Source of the DNA: Eledone cirrhosa | Taxonomy: Eukaryota | Direction: 5' to 3' | NCBI GenBank assembly: GCA_964016885.1 | Contig: OZ024743.1 | Span: 83,824,001 to 83,888,000, forward strand | Length of the DNA stretch: 64,000 nucleotides | Shown: in pieces, positions 41,585 to 55,658 of the stretch | Layout: each line of letters begins with the position of its first letter | Position numbering within the stretch: the first letter of the stretch is position 1 | The notes under the pieces: generated by a model | Told to the model about the DNA's origin: nothing | Seen by the model: only the letters and a program-made list of their open reading frames with translations | The model's database searches: none | Position numbers and translations under genes: made by a program

Positions 41585-42251
41585 GGTGGTGGTGGGGTGG
41601 TGGGGTGGTGGTGGTAGTGGTGGTGGTGGTGGTGGTGGTGGTGGTGGTGGTGGTGGTTGTGGTGGTGGTGGTTGTGGAAGTAGTGGCGGTGGTGGTGGTG
41701 ATGGTGGTGGTGGTGGTGGTGGTGGTGGTGGTGGTGGTGGTGGTGGTGGTGGTGGTGGTGGTGGTGGTGGAGGTAGTGGTGGTGGTGGTGGTAGTGGTGG
41801 TGGTGATGATGGTGGTGGTGGTGGTGGTGGTGGTGGTGGTGGTGGTGGTGGTGGTGGTGGTGGTGGTGGTGGTGGTGGTGGTGGTGGTGGTGGTTGTGGA
41901 GGTAGTGGCGGTGGTGGTGGTGGTGGTGGTGGTGGTGGTGGTGGTGGTTGTGGTGGTGGTGGTGGTGGTGGTTGTGGAGGTAGTGGCGTGGTGGTGGTGG
42001 TGGTGGTGGTTGTTGTTGTTGTGGGGGGGGGGGGGGGGGGTGCTGATAGTGATGATAATCATCATCACCATTATGAGGAAGATAATGACAATGATGATGA
42101 TGGTGGTGGTGTTGGGGGGGTGAGGAAAAAAGTGATGTTGATAGTAGTGGTGGTGGCTGTGGTTGTAGTGGTGGTGAGAGGTGGTGAAGAGGAAGATGAT
42201 GATGCTGATGATGATGACGATGATGATGATAATGATGATGATGATGATGAC

Positions 42252-42285
<34 letters not shown>
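41585..42285 (+). repeat. (GGT)n/(GAT)n microsatellite
   Basis: Direct inspection. Confidence 0.95.
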
Positions 42286-42574
42286 TTCTCATTGCTGTTG
42301 CCATCGTTACGTTATTCCAATATCCAATCCCATGAGTAAAATCTATAATTACAATCTGGAAGGTCACGTTATAGTTGAGTGACCCTCCACCTTCACTTAA
42401 TAGCCGAGTGACCATCCACCTTCACTTAATAGCCGAGTGACCCCCCACCTTCACTCAATAGCCATCTGATCTCCCACCTTAACTGTTGCTATACAACACA
42501 CATAAACCATAAAAACGATTTATTTATTTGTTGTTTAAAAACCACACACCACTATATATACTCATAAATTAATA

Positions 42575-42895
42575 GCTGGTACTCCGTCGGTTGCGACGGC
42601 GAGTGTTCTGGTTGATCCAATCAACGGCACAACCTGTTCGTGAAATTAACGCACAAGTGACTGAGCATTCGACAGATATGCGTACCTTTAACGTAGTTAT
42701 CAGGGAGATTCAGCGTGTCACAGACTGTGACAAGGCTGGCCATTCGAGCTATAGGCACAACTCATTTTTGCGAGCTGAGCGGACTGGGGCAACGGGAAAT
42801 AAAGTGTCTTGCTCAAGGACACAATGTGCCGCCGGGAATCGATCTCACAACCTTACGGTTGTGAGCCGAATATCCTAACCACAAAGCCAGGCGCT
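42575..42895 (-). mobile_element. tRNA-derived SINE, second family
   Basis: Minus-strand tRNA-like head gcgcctggctttgtggttagg..atcgattcccgg then tgtgtccttgagcaagacactttattt; partial copy at 62748-62900. Confidence 0.8.
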
Positions 42896-42918
42896 TTAAC
42901 ATAAATACATACACGCAA

Positions 42919-42970
<52 letters not shown>

Positions 42971-43026
42971 GTATATATATATGTATATATGTGTATATAT
43001 ATGTATATATATATGTATATGTATAA

Positions 43027-43134
<108 letters not shown>

Positions 43135-43200
43135 CGGCGATGAATTAGTTTTGCGAGGTTTTTTATATGAAATCGTGTGTCGAAACAAGTATTGCTTTAG

Positions 43201-43778
43201 TTGGGGAGGGTCATATTTGTGTAATATTGCCAGAATTAATAACAGAACACACTCACTGTTTGGTTGGTTTTCACTTCTCGCTTCTGTGTCTTTTATATCG
43301 GTAATCTAATATACTCGGTCCTCAATGTTGCCATTGACTGACCGGCGGTCAAAAATAATACAGATACAATATAGACACAAACACATATATATAGTTTATC
43401 ATAAATCTTTCGTTGCACATCTGCAACATCGTCAGTGGTGCTATATTTTCCTCCTGTTGTATTGTATGTCTACGCCATTTTATTCAGAGACTGAATAAAA
43501 ATGGCGTAGACATACAATACAACAGGAGGAAAATATAGCACCACTGACGATGTTGCAGATGTGCAACGAAAGATTTATGATAAACTATATATATGTGTTT
43601 GTGTCTATATTGTATCTGTATTATTTTTGACCGCCGGTCAGTCAATGGCAACATTGAGGACCGAGTATATTAGATTACCGATATAAAAGACACAGAAGCG
43701 AGAAGCGAAAACCAACCAAACAGTGAGTGTGTTCTGTTATTAATTCTGGCAATATTACACAAATATGACCCTCCCCAA
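43201..43778. mobile_element. Near-perfect palindrome, ~287-bp arms, with an HHR motif in each arm
   Basis: 3-nt spacer at 43488-43490; CTGACGA-t-gttgca..tgcaac-GAAA-gatt-TA at 43397-43440 (-) and 43539-43582 (+). Confidence 0.85.
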
Positions 43779-44088
43779 GTATAACAATATATATATATAT
43801 ATATAGGAACGAGTAGGACTCGTTCCTATTATCCACTCTACTACCCTAAGTATTGAGTACTTTGGTGCGTTATGGTCCACTTGGTTCCTTACCACATTTC
43901 CTTCGTTATATATATATAGGAAAATGTATGACCCCGACGGCAGAGCTCAAGCCGTTTCGACGGCTATTTCTGGAAATAGCCGTCGAAACGGCTTGACCTC
44001 AGCCGTCGGTACATTTTCCTATTACCCACTCTACTACCCTAAGTATTGAGTACTCTGGTGCGTTATGGTCCATCTGGTTCCTTACCAC

Positions 44089-44118
<30 letters not shown>

Positions 44119-44126
<8 letters not shown>

Positions 44127-44806
44127 ATAAACGTGCTGCGGAGTTGCAAATGGGTTACATATGAATAAAGTGGTCCTTCATCAGTGATCTTCCAACCATC
44201 ATCGGTATTTCTTCGCTTTAAAGACCATATAACTCCGGTTGGTGCGAGCAACGGCTAAAGAAAGTCGTTGGGACATGTAAATAAAGGGAACAGCGAGAGT
44301 GTAAACAAACAAAGATGGTGAAGCAACGAAAAATGAGGAAGAGCGAGTCAAGTCCAAAAATTTCCATGAATATAAGTTCGGTGAAATCGTGAACGAGAGA
44401 GAATAAAGACCATCAAACCTGGTTGAAATGTGAGCAAGGAAGGAATTCCGTACAGGTCTAACGGGAGGAAGAAGGGGTCTAGTCTGTGAATTCGGTAAAC
44501 ATAAGTTCTGTGAAATCGTAGACGAGAGAGGGAAAAAATGCCGACCGGCCTGGCCAAGCGTGCGAAAGAAAAGAATTACGCACAGGTCAAACGGGAAGAA
44601 GGAGGAGGAGGAGAGATAGTAACAGAGAGTGAGTGAAGGGTGAGGAAGAGGCTAGCAAAGAGAATGACTGTGAAAGAGGGTAAAGATACAGAGAAAGAGG
44701 AAGCAGTAAGAACGAAATAGACGGGTCACAGCGGGAGAAAAAAATATGTGTAAATATGAGCATAAACGTGCTGCGTAGTTGCAAATGGGTTACATATGAA
44801 TAAAGT
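44119..44806 (-). mobile_element. PLE-like unit with 53-bp direct repeats between TA tracts
   Basis: 44119-44171 is about equal to 44754-44806; CTGATGAagg on the minus strand; relative at 11785-11945. Confidence 0.45.
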
Positions 44807-44843
44807 ATATATATATATATATATATATATATTTACATATATT

Positions 44844-44888
<45 letters not shown>

Positions 44889-45631
44889 ACATAGATGTGC
44901 GCATACACAGTCACATATATACCGGCATATGCATGTACAGACCAACACACGTAGAAACACACAAACATATACACATGTGTGTAAAGACGCACTAAGAAAT
45001 ATATATACAGTCAAATAGACACATATATCCAAATACACAGACACATTCATACATATATGCTAACACGTAGTCATATACACGTACACACATATACACACAT
45101 ATCAGCACATTCAAACAAACTCACACTAATATACACAGACACTCTCAACACACACTTACATACACATACACATGCACGCACTCACAACAACACACACATA
45201 TACACACATAAATGCACATACACTCACACATACACAGATACAAACATATACACATACATCCGGATACACACGCGCGAATTCATTTATACTCATGCACTTA
45301 CACATACACACACATTTACATACATACACACATATACACACACTAATACACATAGACACAAATATACATAGACACACACATATACACACACATACTTGTA
45401 CACATACATACATGCACACGCACACATACATATATACATACATACATGCATACATACATACATATACACATACATACACACATACATACATACACACATA
45501 CATACATACACACATACACACACACATACATATATACATACATACATACATACATACATACATACATACATACATACATACATACACACATATGTACATA
45601 CACACATATATACATATATACATATATACAT

Positions 45632-46957
45632 ATATGGTGGCTGCCAACTCGTTTTCGAGTACGGCCACTACTTTATATCCATGTAGGAGAACCCCTACCG
45701 ATGCGCTGAACGAGTGTGACTTTTTAGTCCAGCCAGCGACTTGAAAACTCTGGTACAAACACTACACTTGTGACAATTATTGACACATAGTGCTGGGCCC
45801 ATGGTACCATGTGACGACAAGTGCAGAGAGATCTCCAGATATAAAGCAATGCCTGTGCCGTGAAGCTTTTATAGTGAGCAAAGGCACTGCACAAAGCCAG
45901 TCCCACTCTCTTAACCAAGATGATATTTACCAAAAAGAAGAACAAGTCAACATCATTGGATACCATCAGGGTTGCAGGTGTTATATCAGAGTTTTCCTTC
46001 TCCTAGAATTCTGCCTTGACAAAGGCTAAGGGGTCATCTCTCCCGGTGATTTTGGATGGCCATTGACTCTTAAGAGCTCCTTTGCCCTTTGACAGGTTTT
46101 GTTTTTAGTCCTGCAGGATGTCCAAAGTCACCCTCCTCACCAAGAAACCTTGGTGGGGTTGCCAGTTTAGTCGCCAACGACCCGACCATGGGACAGGTTG
46201 TACTGGGATACATGTTACCAGTAGCACCAACTGGTGACCTGACATAAATATGTATATATGTATGTATATACATATATACATACATATATACATACATATA
46301 TACATACATATATACATACATATATATATACATACATACATATATACATATATACATACATACATATATACAAATATATACATATATGGTGGCTGCCAAC
46401 TCGTTTTCGAGTACGGCCACTACTTTATACCCATGTAGGAGAACCCTTACCGATGCGCTGAACGAGTGTGACTTTTTAGTCCAGCCAGTGACTTGAAAAC
46501 TCTGGTACAAACACTACACTTGTGACAATTATTGACACATAGTGCTGGGCCCATTGTACCCTGTGATGACAGGTGCAGAGAGATCTCCAGATATAAAGCA
46601 ATACCTGTGCCGTGAAGCTTTTATAGTGAGCAAAGGCACTGCACAAAGTCAGTCCCACTCTCTTAACCAAGATGATATTTACCAAAAAGAAGAACAAGTC
46701 AACATCATTGGATACCATCAGGGTTGCAGGTGTTATATCAGAGTTTTCCTTCTCCTAGAATTCTGCCTTGACAAAGGCTAAGGGGTCATCTCTCCCGGTG
46801 ATTTTGGATGGCCATTGACTCTTAAGAGCTCCTTTAACAGGTTTTGTTTTTAGTCCTGCAGGATGTCCAAAGTCACCATCCTCACCAAGAAACCTTGGTG
46901 GGGTTGCCAGTTTAGTCGCCGACGACCCGACCATACACACATACATACATACATACA

Positions 46958-46990
<33 letters not shown>

Positions 46991-47600
46991 GGTGGCTGCC
47001 AACTCGTTTTCGAGTACGGCCACTACTTTATACCGATGTAGGAGAACCCTTGCCGATGCGCTGAACGAGTGTGACTTTTTAGTCCAGCCAGTGACTTGAA
47101 AACTCTGGTACAAACACTACACGTGTGACAATTATTGACACATAGTGCTGGGCCCATTGTACCCTGTGATGACAGGTGCAGAGAAATCTCCAGATATAAA
47201 GCAATACCTGTGCCGTGAAGCTTTTATAGTGAGCAAAGGCACTGCACAAAGTCAGTCCCACTCTCTTAACCAAGATGATATTTACCAAAAAGAAGAACAA
47301 GTCAACATCATTGGATACCATCAGGGTTGCAGGTGTTATATCAGAGTTTTCCTTCTCCTAGAATTCTGCCTTGACAAAGGCTAAGGGGTCATCTCTCCCG
47401 GTGATTTTGGATGGCCATTGACTCTTAAGAGCTCCTTTGCCCTTTGACAGGTTTTGTTTTTATTCCTGCAGGATGTCCAAAGTCACCCTCCTCACCAAGA
47501 AACCTTGGTGGGGTTGCCAGTTTACTCGCCAACGACCCGACCATGAGACAGGTTGTACTGGGATACATGTTACCAATAGCACCAACTGGTGACATGACAT
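45632..47600 (-). mobile_element. Tandem trimer of a ~610-bp RTE-derived non-autonomous element
   Basis: Units 45632-46245, 46385-46933 and 46988-47600, separated by (TATG)n; RTE-like tail cgagttggcagccacc. Confidence 0.8.
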
Positions 47601-47704
47601 ATACATATATACATACATATATACATACATACATGGCCATTGCACGAGGAGAAAAAAACAAATAAATAAATAAATAAAAAAGAAAATAAAAATTAAAAAA
47701 AGAA

Positions 47705-47741
<37 letters not shown>

Positions 47742-47909
47742 TACATATATACACACACATATACATACACACACACATATACATTAATAACAATAATAAT
47801 AATAATAATAACAACAATAATAATAACGACAACAACAATAATAATATACATATACATATATATATACACATACGCGCGCACACATAAACATATCTATACA
47901 CACACACAC

Positions 47910-50900
47910 GATAGCAACTAACAGCGCTGCGATCGAATGTGGCTTTTTAGCCCAGCCAATGATCTAAAATGTCTTGCACAGAGTCGGCAACCAAAACATT
48001 CACTGAGAATAGCCGGCTGTGGTTGGCGTTCATGTGCTTTTGCATGTCGCTTGAGACCTCCTGCTGATTTACATTCTCTACCACATGCTTGGCAAGCATG
48101 ATGTGTAGCATCTCCAACAGCAGCCTGGTTGTCAACCACTGGTCTTACTTTATGACTGCGAAGATGACTTTCGAGTCCAGCTTTGCTTAGGCAGAGTCTC
48201 GCACAGACGCTGCATGTCAACACCATAGGAGGACCCTCGCCGTCTGGAAGTGCAACAGCAATGCCCTTCCTCACATCCCGCTTTACTTTCTCGTATTCGA
48301 TTCGAGATGCCTCAAAGGCAACTTTTCCCTCATATACAGTCTTTCTCCATTTATTACGATCAGCAGCAATATTTTCCCATGTATCAGCAGAGATGTTAGC
48401 ATCTTTCAAAGAGGCTTTCAAGGAATCCTTATACCTCTTTTTTGGTTTATGTGGCGGTCGTTTTCCTTTAACCAACTCTCCATAAGAGTTGTTTTGGTAT
48501 TCTAGAATCCTTCATCCTGGCAAGGTGACCACTCCAACGGAGTCGTTGCTTAAGCACAAGAGCTTCTATACTGTTACACATAGAGCTTTCCAAAATCCCG
48601 ACATCACTGATGTGGTCCCTCCAGTGAACGCCATGGATCCGTCTGAGACACATCTGATGGAAACGCTCCAATTGCTTAAGGTGGTGTCGATATGTGACCC
48701 AGGTCTCGCAGGCATAAAGAAGACAAGAGAGCACACATGCCCTGTACACCTTTACCTTTGTCCTCCTGCATATGTCTCGCCGACCCCAGAGTCGCCTTTC
48801 TAGCTTTCCGAAAGCATCACTTGCTTTCCTAATCCTAAGTGAGATTTCACTGTCAAGGTTGCTGTATCGATTGACAGTGCTTCCCAGGTAGACAAACTGA
48901 TCAACCACTCCAAGTCGTTTACCATACACATAGATGTTTGGTTCAGTGTACTGCTTACCAGGGGCAGGTTGGTACATGACGACGGTTTTCTTGAGACTGA
49001 CAGTCAATTCTAGGGCAGTGCAAGCGTCAGAAAATGCATTCAAAATGTGCTGCATATCACTCTCTGTGTGCGCTACAAGATCGCAATCATCTGCATACAA
49101 GAGGTCTCTTATGATTGATGTAAATACTTTTGTCTTCGCAGCAAAGCGCCTGATGTTAAATATGCTGCCTGAGGTTCGATATCGGATGTAAACACCATGA
49201 TCGCAATTCCTGAATGCAATACAGAAAACCATTGCAAAGTATATGGCAAACAGGGTCGGTGCTGGAATATCCCCCTGTTTCACTCCATTTTTTACTGAGA
49301 TAGGCTCCGACATGTTACCTCCGACATTAACCCAAGCCTTCATGTCGTCATGGAAAGACCTAACTAAAGCAAGGAACTTATCAGGGCAACCAAGTTTCTG
49401 GAGAACCTTCCATAATGCATCTATGTTAACAGTATCGAAAGCTTTTGTAAGATCGACAAAAACCTGATACAGATCCAAACCTTGTTCCATGCACTTCTCC
49501 TGGAGCTGTCTAGCTGAGAAGATCATATCAGTAGTGCCGCGTCCAGCAAGAAAACCAGATTGACTTTCAGGAAGAACACAATCTGCCATGTGTGTCAGCA
49601 GACGGTCCAGAAGCACCCTACATAAAACTTTCCCTACGACAGAAAGCAATGATATACCTCTGTAGTTCCCACAATGATTCCTGTTACCCTTTCCCTTGTA
49701 CAAGACCACCATTACTGCATCTCTCCAGTCCTCAGGTACGGATTCATTAGCCCATATCCTGCCAAATAAAGAGTGAAGATGTTGCAGGAGTCTCTCACCA
49801 CCATATTGTAGGAGCTCAGCATGTATGCCATCCATACCTGGAGATCTTCCACTGTTCAGCTTCGAAATAGCCACTGCAACCTCCACAAGCGTCGGAGGTT
49901 CTGTGAGAGATACTTTCACAGGACTTTCTGGAATGAGATTGAGGAAATCTTCACTGACGACAGACGGCTGATTCAAAAGATCATCAAAGTGCTCTCGCCA
50001 CCTTCGTAGAATTCCTTGTGAGTCACGAAGAAGTTCTTTGCCATCCTTGCTGCGAAGCGGTGTCACCAGAGAAGAAGACGGTCCATAAACCTCACGCAAG
50101 AGACTGTACAACAGTTTTGTGTTATTGGAATCTGACGTAGTTTGTATCTCACCAGCCTTCTCACTCCACCACTGATCCTTCATCTGAGAAAGACTCCGCC
50201 TAACACGTGATTTTACATCCTTGAGTTCCTCATGCAACGTATTCCTCTCCTGTGATTTTGCCGTCAAGTAGCGTGACAGAGCACGCCTCTTATCAGCCAA
50301 CAAGTCTTTTATATGTACATCATTCTCATTAAACCAGTCCTGATGTTTTCTCTGCACCAATCCCAGAACACGCCTGCCTACATCATAACCCGTCTTTTTA
50401 AGGGTCGGCCAATCCTCACCAAGATCTGCAGCCTGCATCTCTTCTTCCAATGTCCTTATCACATTATTATCCTTAAGACAAGCAGCATTCAATCTTTTGG
50501 GCAGGGCAACACCAGGAGCCCGGATTTTACGTTTAGTGATTAGTTTCACTTTTGCGCGTACCAGGCGGTGGTCCGTCCAGCACTCAGCTCCACGAAGAGC
50601 ACGAACACACTGCACATCTTGTCTGTCCAAAAGATGCCATGTCTGTCCAAAAGATGCCATTCCTTAGATGCAGGATGCATCCATGTGGTCTTTAATTTGT
50701 TCTTTTGTTGGAACATGGTGTTCGTAACACACAGATCTAGCTCCTCACACATCTGCAGCAGGAGCATACCATTGTTGTTACACTTTCCCACCCCATGCCT
50801 TCCGATTACATTCCATGTGTTAAAATCCCTAGCCACTCTAGCATTAAAGTCACCAAGCACGATGACTTTGTCTGCCTGAGGGTGATTTCTTAAAACACCT

Positions 50901-51465
50901 TTCAAGTCATGGTAAAAGGACACTTTTTCTTCATCGACAGAATTCATAGTTGGAGCATACACACTCACCAGGGTCGCATATCTTCCTTTGTCCAGCGGAA
51001 TTCTCATGGACATAAGACACTCACTAATCCCTACTGGGAATTCTTCTAATTTATTCACAAGTACAGTCTTAACAGCAAATCCTACCCCAGCCTCTCTTCT
51101 GGTTCCTTCATCTCTTCCTTTCCAGAAGAATGTATATTCTCCTCAAAATTCTGTAAGATGACCATCTCCAGCTAACCTCGTCTCAGATAAAGCCACGATG
51201 TCAAGATCGTAACGTCGAAGCTCCTTTGCAACAAGAGCGGTCCTTCGTTCAGGACGCTCCAAGGAATCCCTGTCAAGCAGCGTCCGTACGTTCCAGCAGC
51301 CAAGACTAAATGCCTTGTTTGGCTCTATTACAATGGCACGATGACGAGCGGGCCCAGGCTGTGATAACCTGGGGCCCCTGCCCTTATTGCCAATTATCTT
51401 TTTTGTTCCAGAACCTAAATTGCCAATTATCTCTTTTATATTGTTCTGGAACATCATTGAATTGG
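47910..51465 (-). mobile_element. Near-complete RTE/BovB-like LINE (APE, RT, C2H2 fingers)
   Basis: WNVRTL, ALSETR, GDFNA, FVDLTKAFD, GVKQG, YADD, three CxxC..H..H fingers; stop at 51143, frameshifts at about 50640 and 48470. Confidence 0.95.
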
Positions 51466-51654
51466 GAAAAAAAAAAAAAAGTAATAATAATACATACATA
51501 CATACATACATACATACATACATACATACATACATACATACATACATACATACATACATACATACATACCAGAACGACCAACCAATCAACTTGATGGATT
51601 AATTTACATTTTCTCATTGAAGATAAATGGTTCACTGTGTGTAATTGGTCTGTA

Positions 51655-51925
51655 TAAACATCATCATCATCCTCATCATCATTATCACCACCATCGCCAT
51701 AATCATTATCATCATCATCCCCATCATCACCATCACCAACGTTGTCACCATCACCACCAACGTCATCACCATCGCCATCATCATCATCATCATCACCATC
51801 ATCATCATCACTATCATCACCATCATCAATTTCTTCGACATAATTACCATCCCATTCCTCCTCATCATTATCATCCTCATCAACACAGTGGTGGTGGTGG
51901 TGGTGGTGGTGGTGGTGGTGGTGAG
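51655..51925 (+). repeat. (CAT)n/(GGT)n microsatellite
   Basis: Direct inspection. Confidence 0.9.
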
Positions 51926-52254
51926 GCGTCGGTGTAACATCCGTGTGTCGATATTATCGCTGCAACATTTTAATGTTTTTTTTATTAAAATCCTAATATG
52001 TTGTGTAATTGCTATGGATTGCTATGGTCCACAAATATCGTAAGTGTCCGGCGTACATCGTCATACATCGGCATACATCGTCATACATCAGCATTTATCG
52101 ACACATACTAGAAGAAATCACGTATGTTCAACAAACTATCAGTTAAATACTATAAACTATCAGTTAAATACTATAAACTATCAGTTAAATACTATAAACT
52201 ATCAGTTAAATACTGGGGTCGATTTAATCGATCTTTCCCCTCCCTTTCACTCCA

Positions 52255-52600
52255 CCCGCTTTCCTGTCGCCACAGTGCCAGCCGCCTCCCACGCCATGCT
52301 GCCGTCAACGAGGTCATAAAGCATGGCTTGGACTTTGAAGGCTTCCCTTCCCAGCTCGAGCTAGTGGGGCTGGACCGAGGGGACGGCAAAAGGCCAGATG
52401 GTATGACCATCTTCCCGTTCCGCGGGCTACCTCCCTACTCACCACCATAGGCGCTGAGCTGGCCAGCCGCAGGTGTGAGAATCGAGAGTTGGAATGGCTT
52501 TTCCAGCGCGTCTCCCTTACCGTCCTCCGGGGAAACGCCTTCTCCTTTCTGTCCACCGGGGCTGTGGGGAGGCCATCAATATGATTGACTGACTTCCACA
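52255..52600 (+). pseudogene. CRE-like non-LTR restriction-like endonuclease fragment
   Basis: RHAAVN..GLDRGDGKRPDGMT..WLFQRVSLTVLRGNA. Confidence 0.75.
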
Positions 52601-52784
52601 TAACTAACTGCTGCTATTGTTATCTCTGGCCTATTGTTATCTCTGCTATTGTTATCTCTGGCCTTGTGCCTCAGTAAGAAACTATGCAAAATTTACAGAA
52701 AACTTCGTTTTTCAGTCCAGTGGTTCTCTACCCCTTGTAATTGAAAACATACCTCTTTGTGTTTTCTTCTCTATATACTGTATT

Positions 52785-52850
<66 letters not shown>

Positions 52851-53176
52851 CAAAGAAATTGTGGTAAGGAACGAGATGGACCATAACTAGTCCAGAAATA
52901 GCCGTCGAAACGGCTTGAGCTCTGCCGTCAGGGTCATACTTTTTCATATATATATATAGTGGTAGAACACTGGAAGGTAACATCCGTAGTGGTAGAGCAC
53001 TCAGTCCATGGGACGAGTTAGGTAGAAGTTGTTACACATCAGTTAGTTCACCATACCGAGAACAATCGTTTCACCTTGACGGATTACGAGCTGAGGATCC
53101 GCTAAGGTAACCACTTCTATATATATATATATATATGTATATATATAGACATCCACGCATCTACACACACACGTAC

Positions 53177-53228
<52 letters not shown>

Positions 53229-53411
53229 CACCTTCCGCCATCCCCGCTCGGACTCCTTTTTCCGCTAACTCTCCCCTCAATCCTTCTCGGAGTTCCTCCC
53301 CCTCCCCACTCTTCTGGTGAAACGTCGCACTGACACCCCCCCCTCTCAATAAGCGTCAACCTAATACCATTTGTATGTATATATAATGTAGAGAAAAAAA
53401 TGTATCTTTTC

Positions 53412-53962
53412 ATAAGCGAAACCGTCGGTCACAGCATTAGATGAATATTTAAATCGTATTTTAATTTATTTAAAAGATTGTTTAATGTTTACTTGTTCCG
53501 CTCATTTTTATAGTTCTGGTATCTCAAATTAGTACCATTGAACAACAACTGTTATAGACACCATGAATATTTCCGTGGGTACTTAGTACCTACTGAAATA
53601 TTTATATCACTTTATATGTATTCTCCTTCTATGTAGAGAAAAAAATGTTGTATTGTGCTGCTATTTTTATAGTGGCATGAAATATCAACGAGCCTATAAT
53701 CCCGCTTTTTCTTACGGCCTATTTATGTGTGGGTCATTTTAACGGCCTGATCTCATGCATCGGGCAGAAAGCGATATATTTACAAACTACGAGGCTTGGT
53801 GCCCTGTGGTGTGGAAATAGCTGTCTGAAGAGCTGATTCTTTCCATTGGAAATTCTCCGAGTTTCCAATCTTTTGATAAGCGAAACCGTCGATCACAGCA
53901 TGAATATTTAAATCGTATTTTAATTTATTTAAAAGATTGTTTAATGTTTACTTGTTCCGCTC

Positions 53963-53970
<8 letters not shown>
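53412..53970 (+). mobile_element. Retrozyme-like unit with ~95-bp direct repeats, 464-bp period
   Basis: 53412-53510 is about equal to 53876-53970; ends in (TA)n. Confidence 0.7.
53820..53899 (+). ncRNA. Type I hammerhead ribozyme motif
   Basis: gctgt-CTGAAGA-gct..attggaaa..tttccaat..agc-GAAA-ccgtcga-TC-acagc. Confidence 0.75.
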
Positions 53971-54050
<80 letters not shown>

Positions 54051-54572
54051 GAGCAGTCAGACATAGATAAATAATAATATTGCTTCCTTTCGCAGGTAAT
54101 TTATTAAGATAGCTTATCATTTCATTAAGATGTCTACGTATTTGAGACAGTTAACTTTATAAATTAATATTAACTGCTCCATCATTGTTGAGCAGATTTT
54201 GACGGTTTTGACTGCAATTTCTAGCATCAATATAAGCCCGTCGTATTGTCATAATACATTGAGTGGGATATATTCATATAGTAATTCAGCGACAAAACAC
54301 ATTGGACACAATGTGGTTCGGCAATGACAAAGTAGGAATTGTAATTCTTCCAATATTGGTTATTCCAATGTCTTAGATTGGTAGATGTTAGTTTTTGGAT
54401 TCCAGAAACCAAGGAACTATATAAGTAAAACTGACTTATTTTAGTCAGTCTAGCTTATATCCTCCCAAATAGAAATGTTGGCTTCAGTTTAATATATTTT
54501 ATTACTACTCTGAGTAGATAATTATTAATATATCTTATCTTTTCATTGAGAGGTCTACGTATTAGAGACAGT

Positions 54573-54703
<131 letters not shown>

Positions 54704-54836
54704 TTTTTCACAAAGACAATATAAAAGGTTATCTGGTGTTTTTTTAATGAATATATATATATGTGTGTGTGTGGAGAGAGAGAGAAGGCGGGAGAGAGAG
54801 GGGGAGAAAGAGAGATAGACAGACAGACACAGATTG

Positions 54837-54909
<73 letters not shown>

Positions 54910-54919
54910 GTAGGTAGGT

Positions 54920-54994
<75 letters not shown>

Positions 54995-55291
54995 GACTAA
55001 CAGTCAGAGATATAGATAGATATATATAGGAGAGATAGAAACGGTGTGCTGATAGTCGGGTAGTCCACAGTACACAGTTTGAAACAGTTCAAAACAGTTG
55101 GGTACTTTGTAGAGGTTGTAAATCCCAAACTGTGACATAAGCAACGATAGTAATGTTTCTGTTTCATAAGATATAAACACTGGTGTGTTGTTACCTAACT
55201 TTATCTCTCGACATCTTGATAACATGGAGATATGAGAGACGGGACATTGATGTATGGGCGTACAAGTATTTCTTTTTAGGGTGTCTGTATG

Positions 55292-55333
<42 letters not shown>

Positions 55334-55380
55334 TGTGTGTATGTGGGGGGGGGGGGGGTATTCATATATATATATGTATG

Positions 55381-55411
<31 letters not shown>

Positions 55412-55579
55412 GGGTGTGTGTGTGTATATGTATATATACATACACGCATATATATAAATATATAAATATATATGTATATATGTATCTATATATGAGTGTG
55501 TGTGTGTATATCAGACAACATACCGTTGCATTTTTACTATAATGTCTAGGTGGTATATAAAGGTATAAAAACGTCAACA

Positions 55580-55656
<77 letters not shown>

Positions 55657-55658
<2 letters not shown>

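Noticed and set aside
46127-46245. HDV-like ribozyme fold for the RTE-derived head
   Set aside because: I could not place a P1 3' strand between P3 and P1.1; a twister-like topology fits better.
53055-53110. CTGAGGA next to an inverted GAAAC segment
   Set aside because: The two halves lie on opposite strands and cannot form one ribozyme.
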